Shown here: positions 9,197 through 20,085 of the stretch, piece after piece
Layout: each line of letters opens with the position of its first letter
Position numbering within the stretch: the stretch's first letter is position 1
Assembly (NCBI GenBank): GCA_016195685.1
Contig: JACPZE010000002.1
Location: forward strand, 4,177 to 68,176
Direction of reading: 5' to 3'
DNA length: 64,000 nucleotides
Origin: Candidatus Gottesmanbacteria bacterium
GTDB lineage: Bacteria > Patescibacteriota > Microgenomatia > 2-02-FULL-39-11
Notes under the pieces: generated by a model
What the model was told of the DNA's origin: nothing
Database searches by the model: none
Seen by the model: only the letters and a program-made list of their open reading frames with translations
Translations under genes and position numbers: made by a program

Positions 9197-10504
9197 TTAA
9201 TTATCTGCTGACATTACATGGCGGATTCGTAACAAAGAATGATAATTATGTGCGAACCTATGTGCCTCATCTCTTAGTCTTTTGACTAAATTTAATGCTG
9301 CCGAATTAGACGGCAGCGAAGCTTTTATAAATATCCCTTTGTATGGTATAACTATTTCTTCAAACAGTTTCGCCAGTCCAATAATAGGTATTTTTACTTC
9401 TAATGAATTAATTACTTTTAAAAGCGATGCAACTTGAGGTTTGCCGCCATCAATGACAAATAAGTCAGGGTAGTTCCATTCCGAATGACTTAGACGTCTC
9501 ATCATCATTTCGGATAATGATGCAAAATCATCAGGAGTAGATTGGCGTTTGATGCGAAATCTGCGATAGTAGTTTTTATCAGGTTCACCCATCCTGAAAG
9601 TGACCATCGAACCTGTTGTTAATTTTCCAGAAATATTACTGATATCGTAACATTCAATATGGTTTAGTTTTGTGATTTTGGGATAGTAAGGCTTTAATAT
9701 TTCCAATAATTCCTTTTCCTCATTTGTACGAATTTCAGTAAGCAATTTGGGATTTCTCAAGTACGATTCGGGAGATGTATAATGGTTTGTCAAATATTCA
9801 AGTTGAGTAAGCTTATCTCGATAAACTGCCGCTTCTTCATAATTTAGATTTTTAGAGGCAACGCTCATTTGGTTTAGAATATGTTTTTTTACCTTGCCAA
9901 TTTCACCATGTAGTAATTCTGTAATATGTCTGATATTTCGTCTATACATAAAATAAAGAAGGCGATAGTTTTTAGCATCTTTGACTAAAGCCGCTGGACA
10001 AGGGTTGCAAAGCCCAATGTGATGATAAAAACATGCTCTTTTTGATTTTTCGTTTTGAGTACAGAAAGGGAAAATCGATCTGATATAGGATAAAATATCT
10101 TTTACTATTTTAGACGATGGGAAAGGTCCAAAAAATTCATCTTGGAGATTTGGTTTTCGAGCAAATAATACTTTTGGGAATTTTTCTTTTGTAATTTTTA
10201 TATATATGTAATGCTTATCGTCTTTCCACAACACATTATATTTGGGTTGGTATTGTTTTATTAGTCTAGCTTCAAGAAGCAATGCTTCAAATTCTGATGC
10301 GACTGGTATGCTTTCAATATATTTGATTTTCGAAATTAAATTGAGAGTCTTAGAATCCTTTTCGTCATCTGTAAAATAACTATTTACTCGATTTTTCAGA
10401 TTTTTTGCTTTTCCAACATAAAGCAAAAAATTTTCTGGCGTATAGAATTTGTATATACCGGCAAAAGAAGGAATATTTTTAAGTTGATTTATTAAAAACT
10501 TCAT
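9197..10504 (-). CDS. uvrC: Excinuclease subunit C (short form, no C-terminal HhH)
   Basis: GIY-YIG (GIYKF, YVGKAKNLKNRV), UVR helix, ECYDISN, IDGGKPQ, RLRDEAHRFA. Confidence 0.9.
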   Translation of the reverse strand: MKFLINQLKNIPSFAGIYKFYTPENFLLYVGKAKNLKNRVNSYFTDDEKDSKTLNLISKIKYIESIPVASEFEALLLEARLIKQYQPKYNVLWKDDKHYIYIKITKEKFPKVLFARKPNLQDEFFGPFPSSKIVKDILSYIRSIFPFCTQNEKSKRACFYHHIGLCNPCPAALVKDAKNYRLLYFMYRRNIRHITELLHGEIGKVKKHILNQMSVASKNLNYEEAAVYRDKLTQLEYLTNHYTSPESYLRNPKLLTEIRTNEEKELLEILKPYYPKITKLNHIECYDISNISGKLTTGSMVTFRMGEPDKNYYRRFRIKRQSTPDDFASLSEMMMRRLSHSEWNYPDLFVIDGGKPQVASLLKVINSLEVKIPIIGLAKLFEEIVIPYKGIFIKASLPSNSAALNLVKRLRDEAHRFAHNYHSLLRIRHVMSADN

Positions 10505-13428
10505 ATAACTTTTGCCAGAAATTGGCCGGTATGAGATTTGTCATTTTCTGCAATTTCAAGTGGAGTCCCGCTGGATAATATATAACCTCCTCCGTCTCCT
10601 CCTTCTGGCCCAAGATCTATTATCCAATCGGCATTTTTGATAACGTCTAAATTATGTTCAATGACAATAACAGTATTTCCCATATTTACCAACTGTCGCA
10701 ATACCAAAATTAGCTTTTCCAAATCAGCAAAATGAAGCCCGGTTGTAGGTTCATCCAGAATATAAAGTGTATTGTTTGTGCCTTTTTTCGATAATTCTGA
10801 AGATAATTTTACCCTTTGAGCTTCTCCTCCGGAAAGTTGCGGCGCAGGTTGTCCAAGATGTATGTAAGATAAACCGACCTCGTGCAGCGTTTCTAATTTT
10901 GTATAAAGGCTTGGTATTTTCCCGAAAAATTTGAGACCTTCTTCAACTGTCATTTGTAAAACTTCAGCAATATTTTTTCCTTTATAAGTGACTTCCAAAG
11001 TTTCAGCATTATAACGAGTTCCTCTACAGACGTCGCATGTTACATACACATCGGGTAAAAACTGCATTTCAATTTTTGTTTGGCCTTCTCCTTCACACAC
11101 TTCACACCGGCCGCCTTTGACGTTAAATGAAAATCTTCCAGGGCCGTAACCTTTCATTTTAGCCTCCGGCATCTGAGAGAATAAATCACGAACAAAAGTA
11201 AATGCCCCGGTGTATGTTGCCGGATTACTTCTGGGTGTTCTACCAATTGGGGATTGATCTATCAATACTACTCTTTTTAATTTTTCAATTCCAACAATAG
11301 TTGAAAATTTGCCACCTTTTTCTCGGTGGTAAGGATTGAAAAAAGATGCAACTGCATGAAAAATGGTATCTACTACTAATGTGGATTTTCCACTTCCTGA
11401 AACACCAGTGACACAAATAAAATGTTTCAAAGGGAATGAAGCAGTTAATTTTTTTAGGTTATTTTCACAAGCGTCATGGATGGTAAGGCAATTATCCACG
11501 TCGACTTTGCCTATAATATTTTTTTGGGCTATGCTGATAATTTTTTTATTCGATAAATATCTTCCCGTAATCGATTGGGGGTTCTTTTTTATCTCGTCTA
11601 AGGTGCCACTTGCAATAATTTTGCCTCCGTGTGTACCAGCCGCAGGGCCAAAATCATAGATAAAATCAGAACTTTCTATCATTTCTCTATCATGCTCAAC
11701 CACGATAACACTGTTTCCGAGATTTCGAAGTTTCATAAGAGTTGCGATCAGTTTATTATTATCTTTTGGATGAAGACCAATTGATGGTTCATCAAGTACG
11801 TAAAGAACTCCAGATAAACCTGACCCTATTTGGGATGCGAGTCTGATTCTTTGTGCTTCTCCTCCAGCTAATGTATTGGCGCTTCTGTCAAGTGAGAGAT
11901 AATTTAGTCCTACCGAAATTAGAAATGAAAGTCTATTTTTTATCTCCCTAATGATTAAATTAGCAATAGTTTTTTCCCGAGCATCTAATTTTCCCCATAA
12001 CTCTTCATGCCACTGCAAAGCTTTGGAAATTGAAAATTGAGCTATATCTACTATAGTTAGGCTGTCTATGATAATTGAGAGGGCTTCAGCTTTCAGTCTT
12101 TTTCCTAGACACGCAGGGCATATTTCCTGTTTCATATATTTTCCTATTTCGCTTCTGACATATTCCGATTCTGTTTCGCTATATCGTTTTTCCAGTTCGG
12201 GTATCACCCCTTTGAATTCTTCGTAAATTGTAACTATTTTTCCGTATCGATTAGTACCGGATACTTCGTAAATTTCATTCCCAGTGCCGTAAAGTAGTTT
12301 TTGACGCTTTTGCGCAGTGATTCCTTTTAAGGGTTTATCACTAGCGATGCCGATTTTCTTAACAGAAGTTAAAAGTACTCTTCCGTACCAGGAATCAGAT
12401 AAAATAAGCCTGGCAAAAGGTAATATTGCTCCTTCTGTTATTGAAAGGCTTGGATTTATGATCATATCTGGATCAACTTTCAAAAGCGTTCCAATTCCGC
12501 TGCATTTTGGACAAGCCCCGTGTGGTGAATTAAAAGAAAAAAGTCTTGGTTCAACTTCTGGCATGGACAAATTGCACTTGGGGCATGAAAATCTCTCTGA
12601 AAAAAGGTGGTCAGTCATATTTTGGGGTTTATCCGGAAAATCAAATGACGCATCGGATACTTTAGAAATGATAACTAACCCTTCAGAAATAGCGGTTGAT
12701 TGTTCTATTGCATCATTTAATCGTGATCTTAGCTTAAGTTGTTCCTGCTTATTATTTAATTTTCCTCTATCACAACTAATCCTGTCGATAACTACTTCGA
12801 TTGTATGTTTATTTGTTTTTATTAAAGTTAGTTCCTCATCTAATCCGATAACATTTCCGTCAATTCTTACTTTGGTAAATCCTTTTGAGCGCAGATTAGC
12901 AAATAAATCTCTAAATTCTCCTTTACGATCTAAAACTATTGGAGATAGAATAAGTAGTCTAACCGGCTTTCTCCCCAAATCATCAGTAAATTTTTTAATC
13001 AGTTGAATGGTATTGGAAGTAATTTGTTCGATAGACTGTTTGGATATCTCTGTACCACAATTTGGACAATGGGGATGGCCGATTCTGGCAAAAAGTAACC
13101 TGAGGTAATCATAAATTTCTGTGATTGTACCGACTGTAGAGCGGGGATTATGGGAGGTAGATTTTTGATCTATTGAAATTGCTGGAGAAAGGCCATCAAT
13201 AGAATCTACGTCCGGTTTATCCATGACACCCAAAAATTGCCTTGCGTAAGAAGAAAGGCTTTCTACATATCTACGTTGCCCTTCAGCGTATATAGTGTCA
13301 AAAGCAAGAGACGACTTACCGCTTCCAGAAAGCCCAGTAAAAACAACAAGTTTATTCTTGGGTATTTCGACATCAATATTTTTTAAATTATGCTGTCTGG
13401 CGCCCCGAATGATAATTTTGTCTTCCAT
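10501..13428 (-). CDS. uvrA: Excinuclease ABC subunit A
   Basis: GARQHNLKN, two Walker A motifs, Zn fingers, [11 protein letters not shown]. Confidence 0.98.
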   Translation of the reverse strand: MEDKIIIRGARQHNLKNIDVEIPKNKLVVFTGLSGSGKSSLAFDTIYAEGQRRYVESLSSYARQFLGVMDKPDVDSIDGLSPAISIDQKSTSHNPRSTVGTITEIYDYLRLLFARIGHPHCPNCGTEISKQSIEQITSNTIQLIKKFTDDLGRKPVRLLILSPIVLDRKGEFRDLFANLRSKGFTKVRIDGNVIGLDEELTLIKTNKHTIEVVIDRISCDRGKLNNKQEQLKLRSRLNDAIEQSTAISEGLVIISKVSDASFDFPDKPQNMTDHLFSERFSCPKCNLSMPEVEPRLFSFNSPHGACPKCSGIGTLLKVDPDMIINPSLSITEGAILPFARLILSDSWYGRVLLTSVKKIGIASDKPLKGITAQKRQKLLYGTGNEIYEVSGTNRYGKIVTIYEEFKGVIPELEKRYSETESEYVRSEIGKYMKQEICPACLGKRLKAEALSIIIDSLTIVDIAQFSISKALQWHEELWGKLDAREKTIANLIIREIKNRLSFLISVGLNYLSLDRSANTLAGGEAQRIRLASQIGSGLSGVLYVLDEPSIGLHPKDNNKLIATLMKLRNLGNSVIVVEHDREMIESSDFIYDFGPAAGTHGGKIIASGTLDEIKKNPQSITGRYLSNKKIISIAQKNIIGKVDVDNCLTIHDACENNLKKLTASFPLKHFICVTGVSGSGKSTLVVDTIFHAVASFFNPYHREKGGKFSTIVGIEKLKRVVLIDQSPIGRTPRSNPATYTGAFTFVRDLFSQMPEAKMKGYGPGRFSFNVKGGRCEVCEGEGQTKIEMQFLPDVYVTCDVCRGTRYNAETLEVTYKGKNIAEVLQMTVEEGLKFFGKIPSLYTKLETLHEVGLSYIHLGQPAPQLSGGEAQRVKLSSELSKKGTNNTLYILDEPTTGLHFADLEKLILVLRQLVNMGNTVIVIEHNLDVIKNADWIIDLGPEGGDGGGYILSSGTPLEIAENDKSHTGQFLAKVI

Positions 13429-13490
13429 AAGATGATTTATCGAACCTTTTATTATATCAAGAATAAAAGGACAAGGGAATATCAGAGGAG

Positions 13491-15587
13491 TTAACTTTTA
13501 GCAATAAGTCTGATTTTATCTCTTAGTTCTGCGGCGAGCTCAAAATTTAATTCGCCTGCGGCAAACTTCATTTCGACTTCTAGCTTTTTTATAAGTTTCC
13601 TCTTATCTTGCGGAGTCAATTGGTTTTCATCAATTTTCAGTAAGTTTCGATATTCGACACGTTTCTTTTCATTCAAATGAGAATATGAGGGCGTTTCCTG
13701 TTCTTCTTGCTGCTGTACAAGTTTTGATCTAATTGGCTTTACTATATTTTGAGGAATGATACCATGTTTTTGGTTATAATCTGATTGAACTAGTCGTCTC
13801 CTATCTATCTCTGCAATTGATCTTTGCATAGATTTGGTAATTTGATCCGCGTACATAATGACTTCACCGTGTATATGCCTGGCTGCTCTTCCCATTGTTT
13901 GTATCAGTGAAGTTTCAGAACGAAGAAATCCTTCTTTATCCGCATCTAAGATAGCGACTAATGATACTTCAGGTAGATCTAAACCTTCGCGAAGTAAATT
14001 GATACCGATGATTGCATCATATTTACCTCCTCTTAAATCATCCAAAATATCACTTCTTTCAAGAGTTTCTATATCTGAATGCAAATAATGTACTATAGGT
14101 AAGCGAGAAAAATTTTGATTCTTAAATTCAGCTGCGGCAAGATATTTTTTGTCATTAAAATAAAGTGCTAATTCTTCCGCCATCTTTTTAGTGAGGGTAG
14201 TTACAAGAACTCTTTCTTTTTTTAGCATTCGCGTAAGAATCTCATGGGTCAGATCAAGCACCTGATTGGTCGTAGGTTTGATAGTAATTTTGGGGTCAAT
14301 AATTCCGGTTGGTCTTATTAATTGTTCCACTATCCCACTTTGACTAAATTTTATTTTATCTACTCCCTCTATAGTTTTGGAAATTTCCCAGGTATCAGGC
14401 GTTGCAGAAACAAAAATTGTTTGTGGGGTGCGGGATAAAAATTCAGTAAAAGTAAGGGGACGATTATCAAGTGCCGCTGGAAGCCTAAAACCGAAATCTA
14501 TAAGTGTTTGTTTCCTTGATTTATCGCCGTTATACATCCCTCTTATTTGTGGAACTGTCATATGTGATTCGTCTATAAGTAGGAGCCAATCATCTTTGTA
14601 AGGATCGCGGAAATAATCCAACAGGGTAAAAGGCGGATCTCCGGGATTTCGCCCGTCAAAATAACGCGAATAATTTTCTATACCATTTACATAACCGATT
14701 TCCTGTATCATTTCCAAATCATAGTTTACTTTTTGACTGATGCGATGGGCTTCTAAGTCTTTTCCTTCGGATTTGAAAAATTTAATTCTTTCTCCTAAAT
14801 CTTTGTGTATATGTTTAAAGACTTCAGTATAATTTTTGGGATTTGTCATATAGTGTTTCGCAGGATAGATAACTGTTCCCTTAATTTCTTCAGAAATATT
14901 ACCGTTGATCGGATCTAAATTAACAATTGTGACGATTTTGACTCCGTCTAGATTGACTCGCAGCGCATAATCTGTATAAGCAGGGTAAATATCAATCGTA
15001 TCGCCCCTGATTCTGAATGTTCCCCTAGTGAAATGAAAGTTATTGCGTGTATATTGCAATTCAACAAGTCTAGTTATGATAGAATCTCTGGAAATTTTTA
15101 AGTTTTTCCGAAGATCCAAAACAAAATTGCCGTATTCTTTTGGAGAACCGATATTGTATATACACGAAACAGACGCGACAATAATTGTATCTTTTCTGGT
15201 CAACAGATTTGTTGTAGCAGCGAGTCTGAGTTTGTCTAATTCTTCATTTATTTCTGTGACTTTCTCTATGTACGTATCTGATTGAGGAATATAAGCTTCA
15301 GGCTGATAATAATCATAGTAAGATACGAAATAAGAAACAGCATTTTGTGGAAAAAAATCTCTGAATTCCTGATATAGCTGAGCTGCAAGAGTTTTATTAT
15401 GGGAAATGACCAAAGTCGGTTTTTGTACCTTTTCGATTACATTTGCTAAAGTAAAAGTCTTACCGCTACCAGTTACTCCCAAAAGTACCTGATTTTTTAG
15501 TTTATGTTTTATTCCTTTTGTGAGCAAATTTATTGCTTGTGGTTGATCTCCGGTTGGATTAAAGGATGACTGAAGCTTAAATTTCAT
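13491..15587 (-). CDS. uvrB: Excinuclease ABC subunit B
   Basis: GVTGSGKT, YYDYYQPEAY, DESH, NLLREGLD, C-terminal UVR domain. Confidence 0.98.
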   Translation of the reverse strand: MKFKLQSSFNPTGDQPQAINLLTKGIKHKLKNQVLLGVTGSGKTFTLANVIEKVQKPTLVISHNKTLAAQLYQEFRDFFPQNAVSYFVSYYDYYQPEAYIPQSDTYIEKVTEINEELDKLRLAATTNLLTRKDTIIVASVSCIYNIGSPKEYGNFVLDLRKNLKISRDSIITRLVELQYTRNNFHFTRGTFRIRGDTIDIYPAYTDYALRVNLDGVKIVTIVNLDPINGNISEEIKGTVIYPAKHYMTNPKNYTEVFKHIHKDLGERIKFFKSEGKDLEAHRISQKVNYDLEMIQEIGYVNGIENYSRYFDGRNPGDPPFTLLDYFRDPYKDDWLLLIDESHMTVPQIRGMYNGDKSRKQTLIDFGFRLPAALDNRPLTFTEFLSRTPQTIFVSATPDTWEISKTIEGVDKIKFSQSGIVEQLIRPTGIIDPKITIKPTTNQVLDLTHEILTRMLKKERVLVTTLTKKMAEELALYFNDKKYLAAAEFKNQNFSRLPIVHYLHSDIETLERSDILDDLRGGKYDAIIGINLLREGLDLPEVSLVAILDADKEGFLRSETSLIQTMGRAARHIHGEVIMYADQITKSMQRSIAEIDRRRLVQSDYNQKHGIIPQNIVKPIRSKLVQQQEEQETPSYSHLNEKKRVEYRNLLKIDENQLTPQDKRKLIKKLEVEMKFAAGELNFELAAELRDKIRLIAKS

Positions 15588-15624
15588 ATATGCAGTTGAT
15601 ATATTTTATCACACTTTAGATGTA

Positions 15625-15653
15625 TTGACATTCGGGTATTTTTAGATTAATTT
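15625..15653 (+). promoter_or_regulatory. Probable lexA promoter
   Basis: TTGACA-17 bp-TAATTT; spacer holds TTCGG-N6-TTAGA. Confidence 0.5.
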
Positions 15654-15716
15654 ATAGATACTAAGCATAAATTATTTAATTTAGTTAATTTAATTTCGGT
15701 TTTTTTATTATTGAAT

Positions 15717-16340
15717 ATGGCACCAGTACTTTACAATAAAGAACGACAAGCACTTGAATTTATTACTCAATATATCCAAAGACACGGTTACGCACCAACC
15801 TTAGTTGAAATAGCAGAGGGGATAGGTGTGAATGCCGTATCCACTGTACATGAACATCTTGAGAAGCTTATCCAAAAGGGCTTTATCAAAAAGTCTCCCG
15901 GATTTGAGCGAAGTATTGAACTTATTGAGGGAAAGGTAAAATTAAGTAGCGGTGAATCCGCAATTGAGGTGCCGGTATTGGGTTTCATAGCCGCTGGAAA
16001 CCCACTGGAACCGCATACTGACCCAAACTTTTATATATCCGTCCCATCAAATATTGTCAGTGGTAAAAAGACTGCTTTTGTTCTTCAGGTTAAAGGCACG
16101 TCGATGATAGATGAGGGGATACTAGATGGCGATTTCGTTGTAGTACAGTATCAACAAGATGCACAAAACGGAGATATAGTTGTAGCTATTTTACCAAACG
16201 GCCTAGCTACTCTTAAAAGAATATATTTTGAAACTGAAAGAATTCGATTGGAACCGGCCAATACAACTATGTCGCCAATTTTTACTACACACGTCAAGGT
16301 ACAAGGAAAAGTAGTCGCGGTTTATAGAAAATACAGTTAA
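15717..16340 (+). CDS. lexA: SOS repressor LexA
   Basis: wHTH (GYAPTLVEI...STVHEHL), cleavage site IAAG, catalytic GTSM and TLKR. Confidence 0.96.
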   Translation: MAPVLYNKERQALEFITQYIQRHGYAPTLVEIAEGIGVNAVSTVHEHLEKLIQKGFIKKSPGFERSIELIEGKVKLSSGESAIEVPVLGFIAAGNPLEPHTDPNFYISVPSNIVSGKKTAFVLQVKGTSMIDEGILDGDFVVVQYQQDAQNGDIVVAILPNGLATLKRIYFETERIRLEPANTTMSPIFTTHVKVQGKVVAVYRKYS

Positions 16341-16341
16341 A

Positions 16342-17520
16342 TTATTTGGCATCAAGAAGAACTTCAATTCCCGGAAGAGTACCATTTTCCAAAAACACCA
16401 GCATTGCTCCACCGCCTGTCGAAATATGATCGATCTTTTCGACATACTCTTTTTTGATAGTAGTTAATGTATCCCCTCCACCTATTATAGAGAAGGCTTT
16501 GGATTCGGCGACATGTTTCAGTATTGAGTCTGTACCTTTTGCAAACCTTGGATCTTCGTATAATCCCATCGGTCCATTCCATATTATGGTTTTTGCTTCT
16601 CGTATAAGTTCTTGATAATTTTTCATTGTTTTAGGCCCTATATCAAAGATGGCAACGTGGTGGGGGACTTTGTTATATTCTACAACTTGTGGTTTCATTT
16701 TGCGGTCTTTATCGGAAATGACCACATCAAGCGGTAAAAGTAGGGCTGAATGTTTTCGAGTTGTTTTCCAAAAAACCACTCTGGCCATTTCTACCATTTC
16801 ATAGTCTACCACCGAGCGGCCCGTTCCAAAACCCCATGCAGCAAGAAAAGTATTTGCGATCGCCCCGCCCAAAATTATGTTATCTGCAATGTCTAGAAGT
16901 TTTTCAATTACCGAAATTTTTTCAGGCGTCTTTGCGCCTCCTATAATAAGTAAAAATGGTCTCTTTGGCTTCTCAATTGCTTCAGAAAGCATCCGAATTT
17001 CTTTATCCATAAGAAGCCCAGCAAAGGCAGGTAAGAATTCTGCTATACCAACAATTGAGGAATGGACCCTGTGGGCAGTGCCAAATGCGTCATTTACAAA
17101 ATAATCAGCCATCGATGCAAGGTGTTTGGAAAAATTCCTGTCGTTTAACTCTTCTTCTTTAACATACCTTATATTTTCAAGCATCACCATTTCACCCTTG
17201 GGAACTTTATTTATCTTTGTTAGAGCCGACTTTTCCCAATAGCGGTCGATAAGGTTAACTTTTTTGGAAATAAGCTGTTCTAGCCGATTGGCAACTGGTT
17301 TTAAGGTTAAGTTGGGGTCATGGCCACTTGGCCTTCCAAGATGGGAAGAAATTATAAGCTTTGCTCCTTTTGAAAGTAAATATTTTATGGTAGGGATCGC
17401 TTCCACGATACGCGTATCGTTGGCTACATGACCATTCTCAAGAGAAATATTAAAATCTACTGTCAGAAAAACTTTTTTACCAAAGAGGTTTGGAATATCT
17501 TTGATAGTCTTTTTTCTCAT
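16342..17520 (-). CDS. pgk: Phosphoglycerate kinase
   Basis: VDFN, SHLGRP, DAFGTAHR, WNGPMG, HISTGGGA. Confidence 0.96.
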   Translation of the reverse strand: MRKKTIKDIPNLFGKKVFLTVDFNISLENGHVANDTRIVEAIPTIKYLLSKGAKLIISSHLGRPSGHDPNLTLKPVANRLEQLISKKVNLIDRYWEKSALTKINKVPKGEMVMLENIRYVKEEELNDRNFSKHLASMADYFVNDAFGTAHRVHSSIVGIAEFLPAFAGLLMDKEIRMLSEAIEKPKRPFLLIIGGAKTPEKISVIEKLLDIADNIILGGAIANTFLAAWGFGTGRSVVDYEMVEMARVVFWKTTRKHSALLLPLDVVISDKDRKMKPQVVEYNKVPHHVAIFDIGPKTMKNYQELIREAKTIIWNGPMGLYEDPRFAKGTDSILKHVAESKAFSIIGGGDTLTTIKKEYVEKIDHISTGGGAMLVFLENGTLPGIEVLLDAK

Positions 17521-18536
17521 AATAAATTACCTTTCTTTGCTATAAATTCCAGGAGATCAACCAATCTTGATGCATAACCCCATTCATTATCATACCAGGC
17601 TGATACACTAACAAAATGATTCCCATTAACCTGTGTAAGGTATGGATCAAAAATGGAAGAATATGGACTTCCTATATAATCATGAGAGACTAACTCTTCT
17701 GTTGCATATCCTAAAATACCTCTAAGATAAGTTTTACTTGCCTTCTCAAATTCTTCGTTTATGCATTCTTTACAGACTTCTTTTTGCGTCTGAACGATAA
17801 GATTAATAATTGATACAGTAAGTAATGGCACTCTTATAGCGCTGCAAAGTATTTTGTCCGCAAGGTCAGGGAAAAATTTCTTGATTTCTCTACCGGATCC
17901 TGTATCTGCAGGAATCATAGAAGCAAAAGCAGCCCTTCTAGTACGTACTTCTTCAGGGTTAGAATTGTCAAGTAAATTTTGAGTATCGGTAACTGCATGA
18001 GTCGTGTTCATAAAACCCCTCTCAATTTTAAAATTATCATGTAGCACTTTTAGTGTTGTTACAAGACAATTGGTCGTACAAGATGAATTAGACACTATTT
18101 TATCAAGGTTAGGATCAAAATCTTTTTCATTAACCCCTAAAATGATAGTTTTTGTAGAATCTTTTGCTGGGGCAGAAATCGCAACATATTTTACAGTATC
18201 TCGTAAATGTCCCTTCAGATCGTCTGTCCTTCGGAATTTACCTGTTGAGTCAACTACTATGTCTACTGCGGCATTTTTCCAAGGTATTTCACTGGGTTGA
18301 GGATAGTTAAAGACCGCAATTTTTTGATTGTCTACAATGAGAGTATTATCTTTGGCATTAATATCCTTTGGGAATGTACCATAGGCGGTATCGTGTTTTA
18401 GAAGGTATGCATGAGAATAAGCATCGGCACGGCTATTGATAGCAACAAGAGATAACTGGGGACGATTGAGTATAATCCGAGAAGCAATTCTTCCAATTCT
18501 ACCAAACCCATTAATTCCGATCCTTATTTTTTTCAT
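17517..18536 (-). CDS. gap: Glyceraldehyde-3-phosphate dehydrogenase type I
   Basis: GINGFGRIGR, SCTTNCL, WYDNEWGY; likely start 18536. Confidence 0.95.
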   Translation of the reverse strand: MKKIRIGINGFGRIGRIASRIILNRPQLSLVAINSRADAYSHAYLLKHDTAYGTFPKDINAKDNTLIVDNQKIAVFNYPQPSEIPWKNAAVDIVVDSTGKFRRTDDLKGHLRDTVKYVAISAPAKDSTKTIILGVNEKDFDPNLDKIVSNSSCTTNCLVTTLKVLHDNFKIERGFMNTTHAVTDTQNLLDNSNPEEVRTRRAAFASMIPADTGSGREIKKFFPDLADKILCSAIRVPLLTVSIINLIVQTQKEVCKECINEEFEKASKTYLRGILGYATEELVSHDYIGSPYSSIFDPYLTQVNGNHFVSVSAWYDNEWGYASRLVDLLEFIAKKGNLL

Positions 18537-18631
18537 ATGGCGGCAAATCAAAAATCCACCAGATTGGACCAACAAATTCTTAATTTAACATACACTTTTT
18601 ATTAATGCAACTATGTGATTTATAACACATT

Positions 18632-19297
18632 TTACTGTTTTCCTTTATCTTGATTTACTAGTCTTTTTTCTTTAGCGATAATTTTTCCGCGTTTATCTAA
18701 TTTATAAATTAAAACTTCACCTGTTGCAATTTCGATTTCGGAAATAACTTCGTCTGAGATATTCTCCAAATACTTTATAAGAGCTCTGTTGCTATTGCCA
18801 TGAGCCACAAAAAGTATATTTGACCCTTTCCAAATCTGTGGCATTATATGTTCTTCAAATTTTGGAATTACTCGAGTGTATACGTCTTTCAGAGATTCTC
18901 CGTTGGGAATTGGAATATCCCAACCGCGCCGCAATTTTTTAAATTTTTCACCGCCAATCTTTTCTTTTATCTTCCATTTATTTTTTCCTGCATAAATTCC
19001 GTAATGTCTTTCTTTAAATGCCGGCTCGATAATTGTAGGAAGACTTAAAAGACCAAGTTCTGCTTTTATTATCTCCAAAGTATGTGAGGCTCTTTTTAGA
19101 TCAGAGGTAAAGGCGATATCAAATCTTAAGTCTTTTAGATTTGAGGCGGCAAGCTTAGCCTCCCTCTTCCCTTTTTCTGAAAGCGGCACGTCTATCCAGC
19201 CACACCACAAACCTTTTGCATTCCACTCCGACTCGCCATGACGGATAAGAACTAATGAACTAAATTTACCCTGAACAGATTTCGGTGCCTTTTTCAT
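18632..19297 (-). CDS. gpmA: 2,3-BPG-dependent phosphoglycerate mutase
   Basis: LIRHGESEWN, ERHYG, GESLKD, AHGNSNR. Confidence 0.94.
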   Translation of the reverse strand: MKKAPKSVQGKFSSLVLIRHGESEWNAKGLWCGWIDVPLSEKGKREAKLAASNLKDLRFDIAFTSDLKRASHTLEIIKAELGLLSLPTIIEPAFKERHYGIYAGKNKWKIKEKIGGEKFKKLRRGWDIPIPNGESLKDVYTRVIPKFEEHIMPQIWKGSNILFVAHGNSNRALIKYLENISDEVISEIEIATGEVLIYKLDKRGKIIAKEKRLVNQDKGKQ

Positions 19298-19349
19298 CTT
19301 GCAAAATTAGCGTATCCTATACATACCAAGTATAATAGATCTCGTCAAT

Positions 19350-20075
19350 ATGGGTATTTTATATATAGTCGCCACACCAATCGGCAATCTGGAAGATATA
19401 ACAATTCACGCTGTAAAAATACTATTTACAGTTGATTATATCGCTTGTGAAGATACGAGAAATACAGGGCAGTTACTGGCAAACCTTGAATCAAAAATTA
19501 AGAATAAGGAATTAGTTATAAAAAATTTGGGCATTAAAAAGCCGCACTTAATTTCTTACTATGACGAGATAGAATTTAAAAGAGTCCCAGAAATTATAGA
19601 ATTATTAGAAGGTGATAAACATGTTGCTTTAGTGAGTGATTCAGGTACGCCACTTATTTCCGACCCAGGATTTAAACTAGTACAAGAATGTATTAAGCGA
19701 AAAATCAAAATTATTTCTATTCCTGGTCCATCATCTGTAATTACTGCCTTAACATCTTCTGGATTGCCACCGGATAAATTTTTATTCTTAGGTTTTCTAC
19801 CGCCTAAGGAGTCTCATCGCAAACAAATTTTGAGTGATTTACTGGAAAGTTTTAATAATCCAAAACAATTTCGTCCGACAATAATATTTTTTGAAGCTTC
19901 TCGTAGACTAAAAGAAAGTTTAGAAGATCTGAGGGAAGTTTTTGGAGATTTAGAAATTACCATCACCCGTGAACTTACGAAAATTCACGAAGAAGTCTGG
20001 AGAGGGAAAATATCACAAACAATCCTAAACTTCAACCAGGTAAAAGGAGAACTCGTTATCCTTTTTAAAATCTAA
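19350..20075 (+). CDS. rsmI: 16S rRNA C1402 2'-O-methyltransferase
   Basis: LYIVATPIGNLEDIT, ACEDTR, VSDSGTPLISDPG, RELTKIHEE. Confidence 0.95.
   Translation: MGILYIVATPIGNLEDITIHAVKILFTVDYIACEDTRNTGQLLANLESKIKNKELVIKNLGIKKPHLISYYDEIEFKRVPEIIELLEGDKHVALVSDSGTPLISDPGFKLVQECIKRKIKIISIPGPSSVITALTSSGLPPDKFLFLGFLPPKESHRKQILSDLLESFNNPKQFRPTIIFFEASRRLKESLEDLREVFGDLEITITRELTKIHEEVWRGKISQTILNFNQVKGELVILFKI
19489..19530 (+). repeat. Six degenerate heptamers in frame within rsmI
   Basis: AATCAAA AATTAAG AATAAGG AATTAGT TATAAAA AATTTGG. Confidence 0.6.
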
Positions 20076-20085
20076 CAAATAATAA

